This document shows, in pieces, positions 62,629-64,000 of a DNA stretch of 64,000 bases; position 1 is the stretch's first letter; the number at the start of each line of letters is the position of its first letter. The position numbers were made by a program, and so were the translations under genes. Source of the DNA: Fimbriosthenelais zetlandica. Lineage: Eukaryota. Under the pieces are notes generated by a model that saw only the letters and a list, made by a program, of their open reading frames with translations, was not told where the DNA came from and did not search any database. Where the stretch lies: contig OZ365115.1 in the NCBI GenBank assembly GCA_977030845.1, positions 17,856,001-17,920,000 of the forward strand, written 5' to 3'.

Positions 62629-63063
62629 CAAGTGTAGACACTGTATGGACTGTGGGTATTTGCTTATTTTGAAGGACTATTTTAGCAGGATAACCTGTTT
62701 TACTTTTAGATGCTAATTTGCATTGTTATTTGTATTTGATGCTTGGTCAATATCGGAAAATATGAATGGGAATCCTGAATCTTTCTGATTGCAAGAGCAG
62801 TTGCAGCCAATTGGCTGATATCCATTAAGAGAGATGATGCTCCTTACCCAAGTGTAGACACTGTATGCTTTGTGGGTATTTCCATATTTTGAAGGAATAT
62901 TTTAGCAGAAGAGCTTATTTTAAATTTAGAGGCTAATATGCATTGTTATTTGTATTTGATGTTTGGTTAAAATCGGAAAATATGAATGGACTTTTGAATA
63001 ATTCTGATTGCCAGAGCAGTTGCAGCCAATTATCAGGTATCCATTAAGAGAGATGATTGTCCT
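62629..63063. repeat. Tandem duplication, ~219 bp x2
   Basis: CCAAGTGTAGACACTGTATG...GAGCAGTTGCAGCCAATT...ATCCATTAAGAGAGATGAT occurs twice. Confidence 0.9.
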
Positions 63064-64000
63064 CTGGGCCTCTGTGGGACTGACTCATATAAGAGCTGAG
63101 GTACTCACTCTGTTTCATCAGGCCAGTCACGACAATGCTCTCACGTGACGAGGATTTCTCTTAGTGACATGGAACAGTGACTTATGTCCACCGATTGCTT
63201 TTCTAGCCAGCCAGCCGCCTGCTCTCCAGATTCATCACTAGATGGGTCTGCAAGGCAAATGTTGTCAGGGCCCTGAGTAGTGATGAATTGGTTAATGTTG
63301 AGAAGCATTGCAAGGTAGATACCGTGTCCTATTAGACAAACACTGCACGTCACACCCTCCGCCACAATAGGCCATTTCAGCCTACTTAATTTGTACAGGA
63401 ATGCCTCACAGATCTAACCCAATGGTGAAGAGATCTATTTGACCATTTCCTGGGGTGGCCTTTTTTTTTGTTAAAGTTCCGGATTGCCTCCCATGCACCA
63501 CACTGGCAGGAGTACTGCCACGGCATAACAAAAAGCGGGGGCCATTACACCTAAAAGTACCACCTTGGGTGTCCATCAGCCAGCCTTTTGACCATTGCTT
63601 TGGTTTCCTTGATGACAACTCAGCCGGAGAGTGGAGTGCTGGACTGAGTGTTGATAGGGCGATAATGGGAGAATTGGCTAGGCCGGGCATAGTCATTGTG
63701 CTGTGGGAGGCCCATTGACGTCTAAGGGTGTTACCTGGCTCCTGGGACAAGGCCCTAATACAAACACATTTGCCAGGGTGAGGTGAGAGCTTGGACCCCC
63801 GCGGGGTAGGCCAGAGTGAGATTGAAATCACAGTGGCTCTCACTGTTTGATGTATAGGAGCAGTTATGGGGTCATTAAGGACCTTCCATAAACAGGGAAT
63901 TAGCCCTGCATGTACCGGGGATGTCACATTGGCAAAAGGAATGCCCGGAAGGCCAACCCCAGTGACCTGCCCACACTAAAGCCAATAGAATACCTTATGA

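Noticed and set aside
63141-63927. 173 aa and neighbouring ORFs at the right edge as a gene or retroelement
   Set aside because: No recognisable domain, splice pattern or RT/endonuclease motif; left unassigned.
1-64000. CRISPR array, prokaryotic operon or defence system
   Set aside because: No regularly spaced repeat-spacer array; the spliced genes and repeats show an animal nuclear genome.

Overview
This is eukaryotic, AT-rich, repeat-laden genomic DNA from a non-vertebrate animal. An echinoderm-like marine invertebrate is my inference, not proven. Two intron-containing genes lie in tandem on the minus strand and were reconstructed exon by exon from GT-AG sites and reading-frame phase. (1) TTC17: 10 coding exons from the ATG at 12543 to the left edge of the window, 3'-incomplete. 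(2) A class C GPCR of the metabotropic glutamate receptor family: 10 exons from 42326 to the stop at 20637, about 804 aa visible. Its N-terminal exon(s) were not found in the window. Its motifs match the glutamate-insensitive insect mXr/mangetout (class IV) clade rather than the vertebrate groups I-III. The rest is intronic or intergenic. It carries several MITE families (PIF/Harbinger-like with TWA or CWG target duplications, and Tc1/pogo-like with TA), tRNA-derived SINE heads, a ~2 kb foldback of two inverted ~700 bp arms upstream of TTC17, a dense AGGCCT cluster around the TTC17 promoter, local tandem duplications, microsatellites and one 154-N assembly gap. Almost all ORFs in the supplied six-frame track are spurious. 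No rRNA, intact tRNA, intact transposase or CRISPR array was found. All homology calls come from my recall of family motifs, not from a database search.
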